A stretch of 64,000 bases of DNA, taken from the IMG/VR virus record IMGVR_UViG_3300029131_000002; one strand, given 5' to 3'. The translations under genes and the position numbers were made by a program. Positions 10,301 through 18,686 of this stretch are shown here, piece by piece; the first letter of the stretch is position 1; every line of letters starts with the position of its first letter. Below the pieces are notes generated by a model. The model was given only the letters and a program-made list of their open reading frames with translations, was not told the origin of the DNA and ran no database searches. Origin of the DNA: a virus.

Positions 10301-13300
10301 TGCTTTTTGATAATCAGAAAGTGCTTTATCGAAAGCAGCGTCCAGTTCTGGTATATGGGCACTTCCCAGAGCCCCGCTGCCCGAGCTTCCACTTGAACTT
10401 GATGTCTTGTTATCATTCAACTGGTTCAATTCATCGAAGGAAAGAACAGAAAGAGTTTTTTGTAATTTCTTCGCATTGTCGTTTGCATTGTCGAGCCCGG
10501 ATGCAGCATTATCTGTGCTGTCTGCAATATCTCCCATATCGACTGAAGCTTTTCCAGTTGAAGATACATAATCCGATAGCTTAATGCCAAGTAGTTTTGC
10601 GAGCCAAGAAAAAGCTCTTTCCAATGCCATAACAAGACCGTTAATATATGGAAGTACTTTTGCAACAATAGGGAGGAACAATGTTCCGATACTTCTACCA
10701 AGTGCTTCGAAATTAGATTTCAACATACGAACCTGGTTGGCTGGTTGATTAATTGTTGAAGCCAAATCAGCCCATGCATATTTAGAACTATTTAATATTG
10801 TAATTGTTCTTAATATAGCTTTATCTGATTGACTTAGACTTGATACAGTAGCGTCAATTCCAAGGTTATAAAGTTCCTGTTGTAAATTTGCTACACGAAT
10901 ATTAATACCGTATTTATCAAGTGCCCTGCTCATTCCGGTTATGCCGGATGCCATATCGTTCCATACATCGTTGAACTCAAGGTTCTTTACAGAAGCAAGG
11001 TCTGCCCCGATTTCGGTCAAAGCCTGCGAAACCTTTGTTGACGCATCGGCAGTTGCCCCCATAGATGATGCCATCTGAGCATATGTAGCTTGATAGTTCA
11101 TCGTTTGGTTTGGGTCAAGTCCAAGGCTTGCGCCTTTTGTTCTAGTCAGATCACCTGCATCTGATACTTCAAACCCGGTCATTTTTTTTGTCAGTTCTTT
11201 TGCACGTTTTTCAAAAGAACCCACATATTCCTCTGCGGATTTTGCTCCTGCATTCTGCCACTTGCTGATATCTAATCCATCAGTAACTTGATCGAACGCA
11301 GAATTGAAATAGTTCAATGTTTCAACATAATCAGATGCAGAGTTTACAGAATTCCAAAGTGCTTTAATTCCTCTTGTCACAGTAAAAAATTTTGCATATA
11401 ATCCAGCAAGCTGCGAAGTTAATGAGCCAGTCTTTCTTGTGGTTACAGTTGCGGTATTTCCAAAATTAGCTAGTGCAGAGCTTGCAGAGCCAATCATGGA
11501 AGATAATTTTCTTCCTGCATTTCCAAGTCCATTTGTGGCATTTGATAATCTCGAAAATGAATTCGAAAGAGAATTTGTGGTTTTATTTATTTTTCCACTT
11601 GCATTAGCTAACTGTGCCAAAGCTTCTGTCATTCTTATTGTATTTTCACTGATTTTAGGTGCAGTTTTCATCACGTCAAAGAAAGATAATACTTCCTTTG
11701 CTAGTGTTCCAAGTTGGCTTGACGTTTGTCCGATTTTATTTCCAGAGCTTGCCAATTGTGCAATAGACTGAACAAATCTATTCACAGGTTCAGATATATC
11801 ACCAACACTCGTAAAACTCTCTGCAATTAATTTAAGGCTGCTTCCAAGTCCAGGCAATTCAGCGGATACATTCGCAATATATTCACCGGAATTGGCTAAT
11901 CTAGCCATTGAATTGACAAAACGATTAACACTGGTAGATACATCTGGAATCTCTGCCAAGTTGCTTAATTTATGGATTATTTCTCCAAATTTTCCAGAAT
12001 CAAATCCACTAACATCAACCTGGCTAAGCCTGTTGATTGAGTTAATAACCGCATTCAGTCCAGAACCTTTATAATCTACTCCACCCATTGTTTTTAGGGA
12101 GTTTGAAAACTTTTCCATTCCGCTTGCAATGTCGGTCATTTGCCCTGCATCAATTTCTTTAAGTTTTCCGGTAACCGCATCTTTGACATTTGTAGTATCT
12201 ACATCAAGTGTTACTTTTACAGTATTGTATTTCAGCTCCGCAACCTTATTGATTGCGTTTTGGATATCCAACGTAATCTTATCCGTATTAATTTTTACAT
12301 CAATAGGGAGCTGACCGTCAGCACCTTTCAACGCATCATTAAGCCTTGTTTTTACTTGCTCTGCAAGCTGTTGAGTGGAATCGACAGCCATACCCCATAC
12401 TTTGTCAGAAGCTTTGGACGCACTATCTCCGTAAAGTGATTCTATGGAAACTGGCTTTATGGACTCTCTAACTTTCTTTATATTTTCCAGAACAGTAACA
12501 AGCTGATCTGCCGCATTAATAGTATCTTTTGGAATTAATGTTGGAAATCTTTCTGAAAGCTCTCCCCATGATTTATCGAGAGTGATTCCTTTTGTTGCAT
12601 CGGTAACAACTTTATTAAGGTTATTCTTTAAAAGCTCTGAAAATTCTCCCTTTCCAATATCAGCTTTCAACATATCGGAAACATAGATTTTCTTGTTTTT
12701 GAAATAATTGTAAAAATCAACCCATTCCTGTTCTGCTCCATCCAAGTAGCCACCGAGGTTAGCTTTTACTATGCTTCCACTTTTAAGAATTGTATTGCCG
12801 ATTTCCTCAACAATGTTTCCAACATTTCCAGATATTTCTTTCCCATCAAAAGACTGTGCCATTTCTTTTGCAAGCTCGTTCATATTGGAACGAACTTTTG
12901 AAGCAGCACCACCTTTTAAGTTAAAGGCTTCAATTAATTGCTTTGAAATGGAAGATGTGTCAATTTTAATATCACGTACTGTTTTATCAATGGCGTATTG
13001 CAGTTTTTGCGTTTGATCTCCACCCTTGATATCCAAATCAATACTAATCTTTTGATTCTGAAGATTTCTAAGGTTGATTTTACTAAGCGTGTTTAATTTT
13101 GAAATAGCACTATCAAGACCAGAAGTACGGACATTGCCTAGAGAATTAAAAGCAGACGTAACCCTTCCGAGTTCCCTTGCGTAGTTACGCAGTCCGTTTG
13201 TGTTAACTCCGCTTAATGCAGAATTTACATCTGTAAGTTTTTTAGAAAGATTAGTCAACGCGCGTACTGCTTTTTCTGTGCTACTGCTAATCTGTATATC

Positions 13301-13327
13301 AAGGGTATCTATGGTATTGTCAGCCAT
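7388..13327 (-). CDS. tail tape measure protein (about 1980 aa)
   Basis: Start MADNTIDTL with AAGGAGGG RBS; very long coiled/helical protein; C-terminal GEAGSEAVLPL motif typical of tape-measure proteins; follows the G/T chaperone pair; TGA stop. Confidence 0.85.
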   Translation of the reverse strand: MADNTIDTLDIQISSSTEKAVRALTNLSKKLTDVNSALSGVNTNGLRNYARELGRVTSAFNSLGNVRTSGLDSAISKLNTLSKINLRNLQNQKISIDLDIKGGDQTQKLQYAIDKTVRDIKIDTSSISKQLIEAFNLKGGAASKVRSNMNELAKEMAQSFDGKEISGNVGNIVEEIGNTILKSGSIVKANLGGYLDGAEQEWVDFYNYFKNKKIYVSDMLKADIGKGEFSELLKNNLNKVVTDATKGITLDKSWGELSERFPTLIPKDTINAADQLVTVLENIKKVRESIKPVSIESLYGDSASKASDKVWGMAVDSTQQLAEQVKTRLNDALKGADGQLPIDVKINTDKITLDIQNAINKVAELKYNTVKVTLDVDTTNVKDAVTGKLKEIDAGQMTDIASGMEKFSNSLKTMGGVDYKGSGLNAVINSINRLSQVDVSGFDSGKFGEIIHKLSNLAEIPDVSTSVNRFVNSMARLANSGEYIANVSAELPGLGSSLKLIAESFTSVGDISEPVNRFVQSIAQLASSGNKIGQTSSQLGTLAKEVLSFFDVMKTAPKISENTIRMTEALAQLANASGKINKTTNSLSNSFSRLSNATNGLGNAGRKLSSMIGSASSALANFGNTATVTTRKTGSLTSQLAGLYAKFFTVTRGIKALWNSVNSASDYVETLNYFNSAFDQVTDGLDISKWQNAGAKSAEEYVGSFEKRAKELTKKMTGFEVSDAGDLTRTKGASLGLDPNQTMNYQATYAQMASSMGATADASTKVSQALTEIGADLASVKNLEFNDVWNDMASGITGMSRALDKYGINIRVANLQQELYNLGIDATVSSLSQSDKAILRTITILNSSKYAWADLASTINQPANQVRMLKSNFEALGRSIGTLFLPIVAKVLPYINGLVMALERAFSWLAKLLGIKLSDYVSSTGKASVDMGDIADSTDNAASGLDNANDNAKKLQKTLSVLSFDELNQLNDNKTSSSSGSSGSGALGSAHIPELDAAFDKALSDYQKAWDQAFANVENKAQTVSDKIIKAFKQIRKNAKPTTAAIKKLYNEGLSRLGNFSINALKNLWKNYLQPIGKWSLSNNSGFPRFFNITNDLLTKINWLKLQTSLEGLFTMLQKPTQFVWTGLMDFYEHFLVPVGTWTMNGAIPQLVDALTSFGNNIHWEELNKSLKNFWDALAPFAKNVGQGIVDFYKDLLKVGENFINSTVPGGLNSIAEAIKNISPETAQAIGKSLGQISLAILGFKGLTFIGGIIGKDSPLGKGLSLLAKHPYASMALGIGGIVLALDNFGVIDVDWEWIWSSIDRVKTSIQNFIDKVDWNAVGTAIGNLWSAFQPFAEGFADALITGLEGIINIGADLINGIANAINWLAEKLSGIDPEFIKQVGAAFGTLFAIKIAKDIATEIFSFASGIGSLASKLLNFPLDTASSLPTIIGDIGGAAETAGNGGFTTLAEKIKNLGDVAQTAGGQFQGFWGYATNLGATAFVVEGLGQVKKAMDFKDSTADAFNDFEVVRKALKIIEEQTGISGDKLIGLGGDLKNVKDNAFDFDGQLQTVETSLENLGISSDTFKQALKQAMEESDTATNSHVSNINEYIGTMGTEFDNAKSALERLSNQAVITPTQFDELSTVLQQQESSGATARAAFQALMDKMAEMGIDTGKVIKAFSEDVPKASSTMSKSVETATKSISSKSKTGFGIASAAVSTAMAGMKKSTESTMPSIWSKIKNTNDDVETNSKTNWGNSASAVSTALGTMDTDTRNVMGKVMTTIQSYWSSVLINTNQIWEKASGKVDTETENMKTYTESNLSGISDYITSLFKNDLTSMGRETAQSFANGMKQVHLPTLTYRISEWRKHNLGNGKTSSTPVYKPNWYAKGGLFNGAQVIGIGEAGSEAVLPLENPRTMKKIADSIVSSSDGSMGLTKEEMAKAVAQGVAMAMSMNSGNKNPQYIMNSIILDGSEIAKAVTKAQNDTDSRFKPSPAY

Positions 13328-13375
13328 TTTATTTATCCCTCCTTTTTTACAAAAAAAATAAAGGGCAGACAAGAC

Positions 13376-13702
13376 TTATTCATCCTGCCTGCCCTTTTCA
13401 TGGTTAAGCTCAAAGTTCGCCTGCATGAGTTGCAAGCTTGCCAAAAGTGCGTTTCTCTGTTTTTTCTTTTCTTCTTCGGAAAGTATACCTTCCTGTTTAC
13501 GCTTTTCTTCCTCTGCTGATTCGAGCAAAGGTTTCTTCAAATACTCTGCCTTGGATTTTTTTCCCATTAAAGCATTTGCAACAGCTGTGAATGTGGCTGA
13601 TGTTTCGTAAATGCCAGCTTGCCAAAGTTCAGCGTCTTTTCTCTTTTGGCGTATCTTTTCAGCTTCGAGATAAGGTTTTAACTCTGCTGGAGTAGAATCC
13701 AT
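13376..13702 (-). CDS. tail assembly chaperone frameshift extension (gpT-like)
   Basis: 108-aa ORF in the -1 frame relative to the upstream gpG-like ORF (track coordinate phase); basic/acidic helical sequence. Confidence 0.55.
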   Translation of the reverse strand: MDSTPAELKPYLEAEKIRQKRKDAELWQAGIYETSATFTAVANALMGKKSKAEYLKKPLLESAEEEKRKQEGILSEEEKKKQRNALLASLQLMQANFELNHEKGRQDE

Positions 13703-13773
13703 AAATTCTTCTTTAGATACACCAATAGAGAGGTATAAAGGAAGAATCTCTTGGTAAACAACCTCTCGAAAAG

Positions 13774-14202
13774 TTAATTTTTCTTTTTGTGATCCTGTGG
13801 GAGCTTCGTTGCATTCTTCTCTACTGCCTGTGCTTCTGCTACTGCATTCAGCAGACCGGATAAAAAACCATTTTTCTCCAATTCTTTATCAAGAAGTTGA
13901 TATAAATCAAATCCGCTTTTAGGATTTTCCTCGGTTCCTTCATCTTCGTAATCATCCAAAAGATCACAGACTTTATCAAGAACAGCTTCTTTTTCAGAAT
14001 CACTTTCATACCCAAACTCTTCCTTGTGCTTCTTTTGAAGCCCAGCAAGAAGCAGTTCCGGAAGAAGAGAAATCATCTTCTGAAGGCTTCTCTCTTTTCC
14101 ATCTGTAATCCCCTGTACCTTGTCCAGCACATCTGTTTTTGTAAGAAGTCCGTATCCAAATACAACCTTATATTCTTTTCCATGTACATTAAAAGTTACC
14201 AT
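13774..14202 (-). CDS. tail assembly chaperone (gpG-like)
   Basis: 142-aa acidic protein between major tail protein and tape measure; ends in the A-rich run CAC AAA AAG AAA AAT TAA. Confidence 0.6.
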   Translation of the reverse strand: MVTFNVHGKEYKVVFGYGLLTKTDVLDKVQGITDGKERSLQKMISLLPELLLAGLQKKHKEEFGYESDSEKEAVLDKVCDLLDDYEDEGTEENPKSGFDLYQLLDKELEKNGFLSGLLNAVAEAQAVEKNATKLPQDHKKKN

Positions 14203-14227
14203 TTTATAATCCTCCCGATATATTTTG

Positions 14228-14758
14228 TTAGCTAAGTGCCATTGCGCCTGTGGAATCTGCTACTGCTTTTGCGATGTCTAAAGCCTGTGTAAGCTCTTCG
14301 GAAACAACTTTTGTATCAAGGCCTTTGTATTCTTGAATAATGAGAGACAGCGGAATTGTTGCTGCTTCATTCTGTCCAATGTCAGACAGTGGAATATTTT
14401 TTCCGGGGTCTGCGATAACAAAGAATGCATCAGCGAGGTCTGGAAATACAACTTCAAACCAAACTCTAAATCCTTTTGACTTTCCTGTTGCCGCATCAGT
14501 CATAAGCTTCTTTAGTGCCGTGATAACATCAGCGTTAAGATTGAAGGTTACATCCCAAGTACCACCAGTATCCTGTCTACCGGACGCATACTGTGTAATG
14601 AAGTCTTCAAGAGCTGATACGTCAATCTGTTCTGTATCAAGAGAAATTCCACCAATGGAACTACATCTTTTTAACCAGGTAAATGCAGTTGGCTTTGTTC
14701 CTTTAGCGGTTTCAACACCGTAATGAAAAGTTACGCCAAGTGTTGTTAAATCTGCCAT
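14228..14758 (-). CDS. major tail protein
   Basis: 176-aa protein immediately upstream of the G/T pair and tape measure; size and position as in siphovirus major tail proteins. Confidence 0.55.
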   Translation of the reverse strand: MADLTTLGVTFHYGVETAKGTKPTAFTWLKRCSSIGGISLDTEQIDVSALEDFITQYASGRQDTGGTWDVTFNLNADVITALKKLMTDAATGKSKGFRVWFEVVFPDLADAFFVIADPGKNIPLSDIGQNEAATIPLSLIIQEYKGLDTKVVSEELTQALDIAKAVADSTGAMALS

Positions 14759-14833
14759 TTTGATAGGCTCCTTTCTTTAATTTAAGCTTTATGCACGTAA
14801 CCCTGTGCCGGGAGATAGCGGATCACCGCCTTT

Positions 14834-15046
14834 CTACTCTTCTTTGTCTGTTTTCAGTTCCGGTAATCCTGCTACAGATGTAAGCAGAGATAAAAAGCCA
14901 GAGAGTAAAGATGCGGATAAAACCATTTTCCAGTCGACACTGCCGATTACAGTTGCGGTTCCAATGGTTGCTATTGCTGTTTGTGCGACTGTTTTTACGG
15001 CTCTAATTCCTGCTGCTTTCAGCCAAAGTAGTTTGTCTGCTTTCAT
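14834..15046 (-). CDS. holin (phi-LC3 family-like)
   Basis: Start MKADKLL with AAAGGAGAA RBS; IRAVKTVAQTAIATIGTATVIGSVDWKMVLSASLLSGFLSLLTSVAG matches the ERAIKTFAQ..GVDW..LTSLAG holin pattern; two TM segments. Confidence 0.5.
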   Translation of the reverse strand: MKADKLLWLKAAGIRAVKTVAQTAIATIGTATVIGSVDWKMVLSASLLSGFLSLLTSVAGLPELKTDKEE

Positions 15047-15102
15047 TTTTCGATGTTCTCCTTTCATATTTTTTGGGTAAAAAAATAGAAGCATTTCTGC
15101 TC

Positions 15103-15507
15103 CTAATCTAATAAAGTTCCTGTATATATTCGGCTGTATCGGCTTACAAGCTTTTTGATTCCACTGTCACCAAAAAACATAAGCTCCGGTCCATATGTAC
15201 GACGGAATCCCATGCTCACCATAGCTTTGTGACTTATCTTGTCCAATTCATACACTCTGGTTAATGCTTTGCTACCAGATGTGAAACAATTTACTTGAAA
15301 TGATGGCATTGTTGCACATTCATCCCCTTCAAGGTCACCTCTCGTAATTGGATTTCCAAGCATATAAAGCTGTGCATATGCCTTTTTACCAGAAGCATTT
15401 GTTTCACTTCCGTCCATGGAATAATTGTCTGCGCCAGTAATCTTAGAAACAGCCGCTCCCCACCTTGAAAAAACTTCCAATACAGGGGATTCTATTGTGT
15501 CCGGCAT
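15103..15507 (-). CDS. hypothetical structural protein (head-tail joining region)
   Basis: Start MPDTIES with GAGGTGA RBS; lies between the DGR and the tail genes. Confidence 0.3.
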   Translation of the reverse strand: MPDTIESPVLEVFSRWGAAVSKITGADNYSMDGSETNASGKKAYAQLYMLGNPITRGDLEGDECATMPSFQVNCFTSGSKALTRVYELDKISHKAMVSMGFRRTYGPELMFFGDSGIKKLVSRYSRIYTGTLLD

Positions 15508-15634
15508 ATCTGTCACCTCACAATAAAAAAATGCACTCACCTTTATAGTGAATGCATTGCATGTTATGCTACAATTTAACACTGTAATGATAACATAATT
15601 GTTTAGTATCTTTCAGTATATTATGGTATCTTCT

Positions 15635-16153
15635 TTAAGAAGAGAACACTTCTTTAGCAATTTTACGAACGGCAATAATAATGGCTTGTTCTGCGTGATA
15701 CATAGGCATGTACGCTCTATTTCCATATGAATGGTGCGGTCGTCCGCTTTCGTCTGTGTACCACCAGCCGTTTGGATTGTCCCAGTCTGATTTTTCTTTT
15801 TTGGAAGGATATGTTCCCATTCCGTAAGAATTTCCACTAGATAAAGGATAATCATTTATACCGTATGTTATTCCTGCTGAAAATTCAATGAACAACACTT
15901 TTTCACCAGATAGTCTAACAGAAGCCCCGACGATATTTCCGTTTTGATCATTAATGATTTCTGTATAGTAAGAGCCTTTTTCTTCATCCGGGATTGACTC
16001 CATGGTCGTTTGAATAACATCCAACCCGATTTCAGACAATCGTTTTACAAAAATCTCATTTTTCCTCTGTAGTTCATTTTGGTAAGCTTTTAATTTTTTG
16101 AGGGCATTTTGAATAGATTTCGTTGATAAGTCGCATTTTATTGTCTTACCCAT
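15635..16153 (-). CDS. hypothetical structural protein
   Basis: Start MGKTIK; 8-nt overlap with upstream ORF. Confidence 0.3.
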   Translation of the reverse strand: MGKTIKCDLSTKSIQNALKKLKAYQNELQRKNEIFVKRLSEIGLDVIQTTMESIPDEEKGSYYTEIINDQNGNIVGASVRLSGEKVLFIEFSAGITYGINDYPLSSGNSYGMGTYPSKKEKSDWDNPNGWWYTDESGRPHHSYGNRAYMPMYHAEQAIIIAVRKIAKEVFSS

Positions 16154-16538
16154 CCTCGTTTCCTCTCTTAGAAATTCCATATCTGGCAATATTGCCTTTT
16201 TTTGTATCTAAAATCTTCTTTAGTACATAATCTGGCAATACTGTAGGTTCTCCATTTTCGTCCAAAATAAGGCTTCCATCCTCGCTTATTTGTGGGATTC
16301 TGTCTATCCAAAATATATCTGCTTCCTGTGGGTGAAAATTTCGATTAAAGCTTGTAATGTATCTGTCATAATCTGGCACTATTCCGGCTGCGATTTCTTC
16401 CGGTGTTCCGGCTGTAGATGATACGGAAAAAGAGTACAAAGCTGGTTTCTCATAAACCTTAATTCGGTCTAATCCTTCTGTCTTTTCGGATATTCGTGAC
16501 CAATATACTTTTTGTTTTTGACGGACTAATCCTCTCAT
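16146..16538 (-). CDS. hypothetical protein
   Basis: 130-aa ORF in the same operon. Confidence 0.3.
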   Translation of the reverse strand: MRGLVRQKQKVYWSRISEKTEGLDRIKVYEKPALYSFSVSSTAGTPEEIAAGIVPDYDRYITSFNRNFHPQEADIFWIDRIPQISEDGSLILDENGEPTVLPDYVLKKILDTKKGNIARYGISKRGNEDG

Positions 16539-16575
16539 AGAAATTACCTGCTTATATAATCTGTAAATTTGTCAT

Positions 16576-16779
16576 TTATTCAGTGATTTCCTTCATTCCA
16601 GATTGAATCAGAATATCCTTCACCTTTTCTTTTAAGAGACGTGGAACCCTTGCATACATTTTCTTTGCGCCCTCTACTGTTTCCTGATTCATAATTTCCT
16701 GTGCCCATAACATTGCCATCATTCTAATACCATCCTTTCCTATGCTTAGTAAAAATAAATTGATTAATAATTTACGCAT
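16576..16779 (-). CDS. hypothetical protein
   Basis: 67-aa ORF. Confidence 0.25.
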   Translation of the reverse strand: MRKLLINLFLLSIGKDGIRMMAMLWAQEIMNQETVEGAKKMYARVPRLLKEKVKDILIQSGMKEITE

Positions 16780-17128
16780 AAACTGCCTCTGACATTTCCA
16801 GCAGGCAGGAAGTCAACATCTTGATCGTTTCCTCCTGTTCCTGAACCTTTTGCTCCAATGTCTTTTCTTTCTGTGGTTCATATTCCAGATATTTTTCTGG
16901 GTTCTTTTCCACAGCTTCACGGTTTATGTCTTCCGCTTTTTCCCGGAATTGGTGAAAATCATACTCCCAGAACGTATCTGTTGCAGTAATATACTGTTCT
17001 TTTTCCAGCATCTGCTGGTTTTCTTCTGTGACTTCCTTCCCGTTAAGGCATATTGTCACATCAACCATTCCGTTATCAAGCGGTTGCCAGCTGAACACTG
17101 GCTGTTCTGTTGTGAATCTTGCTTTCAA
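16772..17128 (-). CDS. hypothetical acidic protein (XkdW-like position)
   Basis: 118-aa acidic ORF overlapping the RT 3' end; not basic, so unlikely to be Avd. Confidence 0.3.
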   Translation of the reverse strand: MKARFTTEQPVFSWQPLDNGMVDVTICLNGKEVTEENQQMLEKEQYITATDTFWEYDFHQFREKAEDINREAVEKNPEKYLEYEPQKEKTLEQKVQEQEETIKMLTSCLLEMSEAVYA

Positions 17129-18302
17129 TGCTTACCCTCCTTTTTGCGTATTTCATTAGTTGTTCTATTCCATACTTCCCTTTGAAGTGATCGGAATCTG
17201 AATTTTTGAACCAGCCAAAATACGAAACACAACGGCATGCCAGATCTATTGGTATCTCCATATGGTGCTGTATTTGTTTTCTTAATCTCAGATATGCCCG
17301 TCTTGCCCTGATGAATATACTCCGGCGAACTTCTGTGTGATCTCTGTATATTTTGTAGCCCATCATATCAATGCAATCTCCATGATGCTTTCCGTCTTTG
17401 CCGATATAGTCAACCTGGAACAGTTTCCAGTTCGGTTTTATCTCCAGGCCCAGCTCATCTCTAAGAAATCGAATCAGCATGAGCATGGCCTTTTTGACGT
17501 CTGCTTTTCGTGATCCCAAAATTAAAATGTCATCCATATAAAAGATAATTTTGTAAAACAATCTTGTCCGCTTCTCTTGTCCCCGTCTTTTCTGCACCTT
17601 AAAGAATTTTTGCTGTGCATAATGATAGGCAAAACTAAGATAGTAATTGCATAACCACTGGCTCAGATAAGAGCCGATGGATAGCCCTTGTTTGTATGAT
17701 GATATCAATTTCTCCACCAAATAAAGCAGGTCGTCATTTTTAACCTGCTTTCTCAGAAAACTCATGAGTTTTACTGTGTTAATGGATGGATAACAATGCC
17801 GCACATCTGCTTTGGCTCCTGCTCTTGTTTTATCCGGGTTCTTCCGTATCCATTTTTCTATTGCATTCTTTCCATATACCTGGCCACGCCCTGGTACACT
17901 GGCACATTGATATTTCCCTATCTTTCTTTCAAATAATTCTTTTAGAGCATTGACAGCCACATAGTTGTAAATCTGCTGTTTTATGCTCTCCACGCCTATC
18001 TCTCTGAGTTTTCCAGAGTTCCCATCATATCTCATGGAGTAGTGTATTTCCGGGAAATGAACATCACGCTCTTTAATTTCCCTTGTCAGGTTTTCCGCTG
18101 CTCTTTCCAGTAATAGGTTCACGTTGCCTCTATTTTCCTGGATTAATCCGCTTACAGCCCTGACTGACATCGGTTTTCCGGTCTGATATCCAGCCAGGAA
18201 TCCTGCCACGTCACGCCGTTTCCATTTGTCTGAAAAACATTCCAGCATACAGGCTATAATCCAATCTTTATCAAGTTGTATATTTTTACAATATCGTTTC
18301 AA
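17076..18302 (-). CDS. DGR reverse transcriptase
   Basis: 408 aa; SIGSYLSQ ([I/V]GxxxSQ hallmark of DGR RTs) and YMDDILI catalytic box; lies immediately downstream (minus sense) of the template repeat. Confidence 0.85.
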   Translation of the reverse strand: MKRYCKNIQLDKDWIIACMLECFSDKWKRRDVAGFLAGYQTGKPMSVRAVSGLIQENRGNVNLLLERAAENLTREIKERDVHFPEIHYSMRYDGNSGKLREIGVESIKQQIYNYVAVNALKELFERKIGKYQCASVPGRGQVYGKNAIEKWIRKNPDKTRAGAKADVRHCYPSINTVKLMSFLRKQVKNDDLLYLVEKLISSYKQGLSIGSYLSQWLCNYYLSFAYHYAQQKFFKVQKRRGQEKRTRLFYKIIFYMDDILILGSRKADVKKAMLMLIRFLRDELGLEIKPNWKLFQVDYIGKDGKHHGDCIDMMGYKIYRDHTEVRRSIFIRARRAYLRLRKQIQHHMEIPIDLACRCVSYFGWFKNSDSDHFKGKYGIEQLMKYAKRRVSIESKIHNRTASVQLATA

Positions 18303-18522
18303 TTTCTATCCTCGTTTCTTGATACAGGAGTTTTCGGTTTTTCTACTCACTCCACACCACGGCCTACTGCGCCATGTGTCCGTCCAGTCAGGTTTCTTGG
18401 TTCCCAGCTGGGCGATGTGGCTTCAATCGTATTTTGGGGGTATGCCCCACGCACCTGCTTTCAGGTGACTCCGTTCCTGCGGAGCGAAATGTAACGCTGA
18501 ATCCAAATATTTTCAAGAAAAT

Positions 18523-18622
18523 CCAGAGACGATATTCCAGTTCGTGTTCGTCAAGCCATTGTTCGCATTGAGAATCCAGAGGCCAGCATTCCCGCCATTG
18601 TTCAAATTGCCCAGCGAAAGCC
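18523..18622 (-). repeat. DGR template repeat (TR)
   Basis: 100-bp intergenic repeat, 90% identical to 18733-18832; rich in AAC/AAT codons on the minus strand. Confidence 0.85.
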
Positions 18623-18686
18623 GAAAGGAAACCGCCCGTTTAGCGTTACAAGTCCGTTATTTATTTATAAGGGGAAAGCCCATCTG

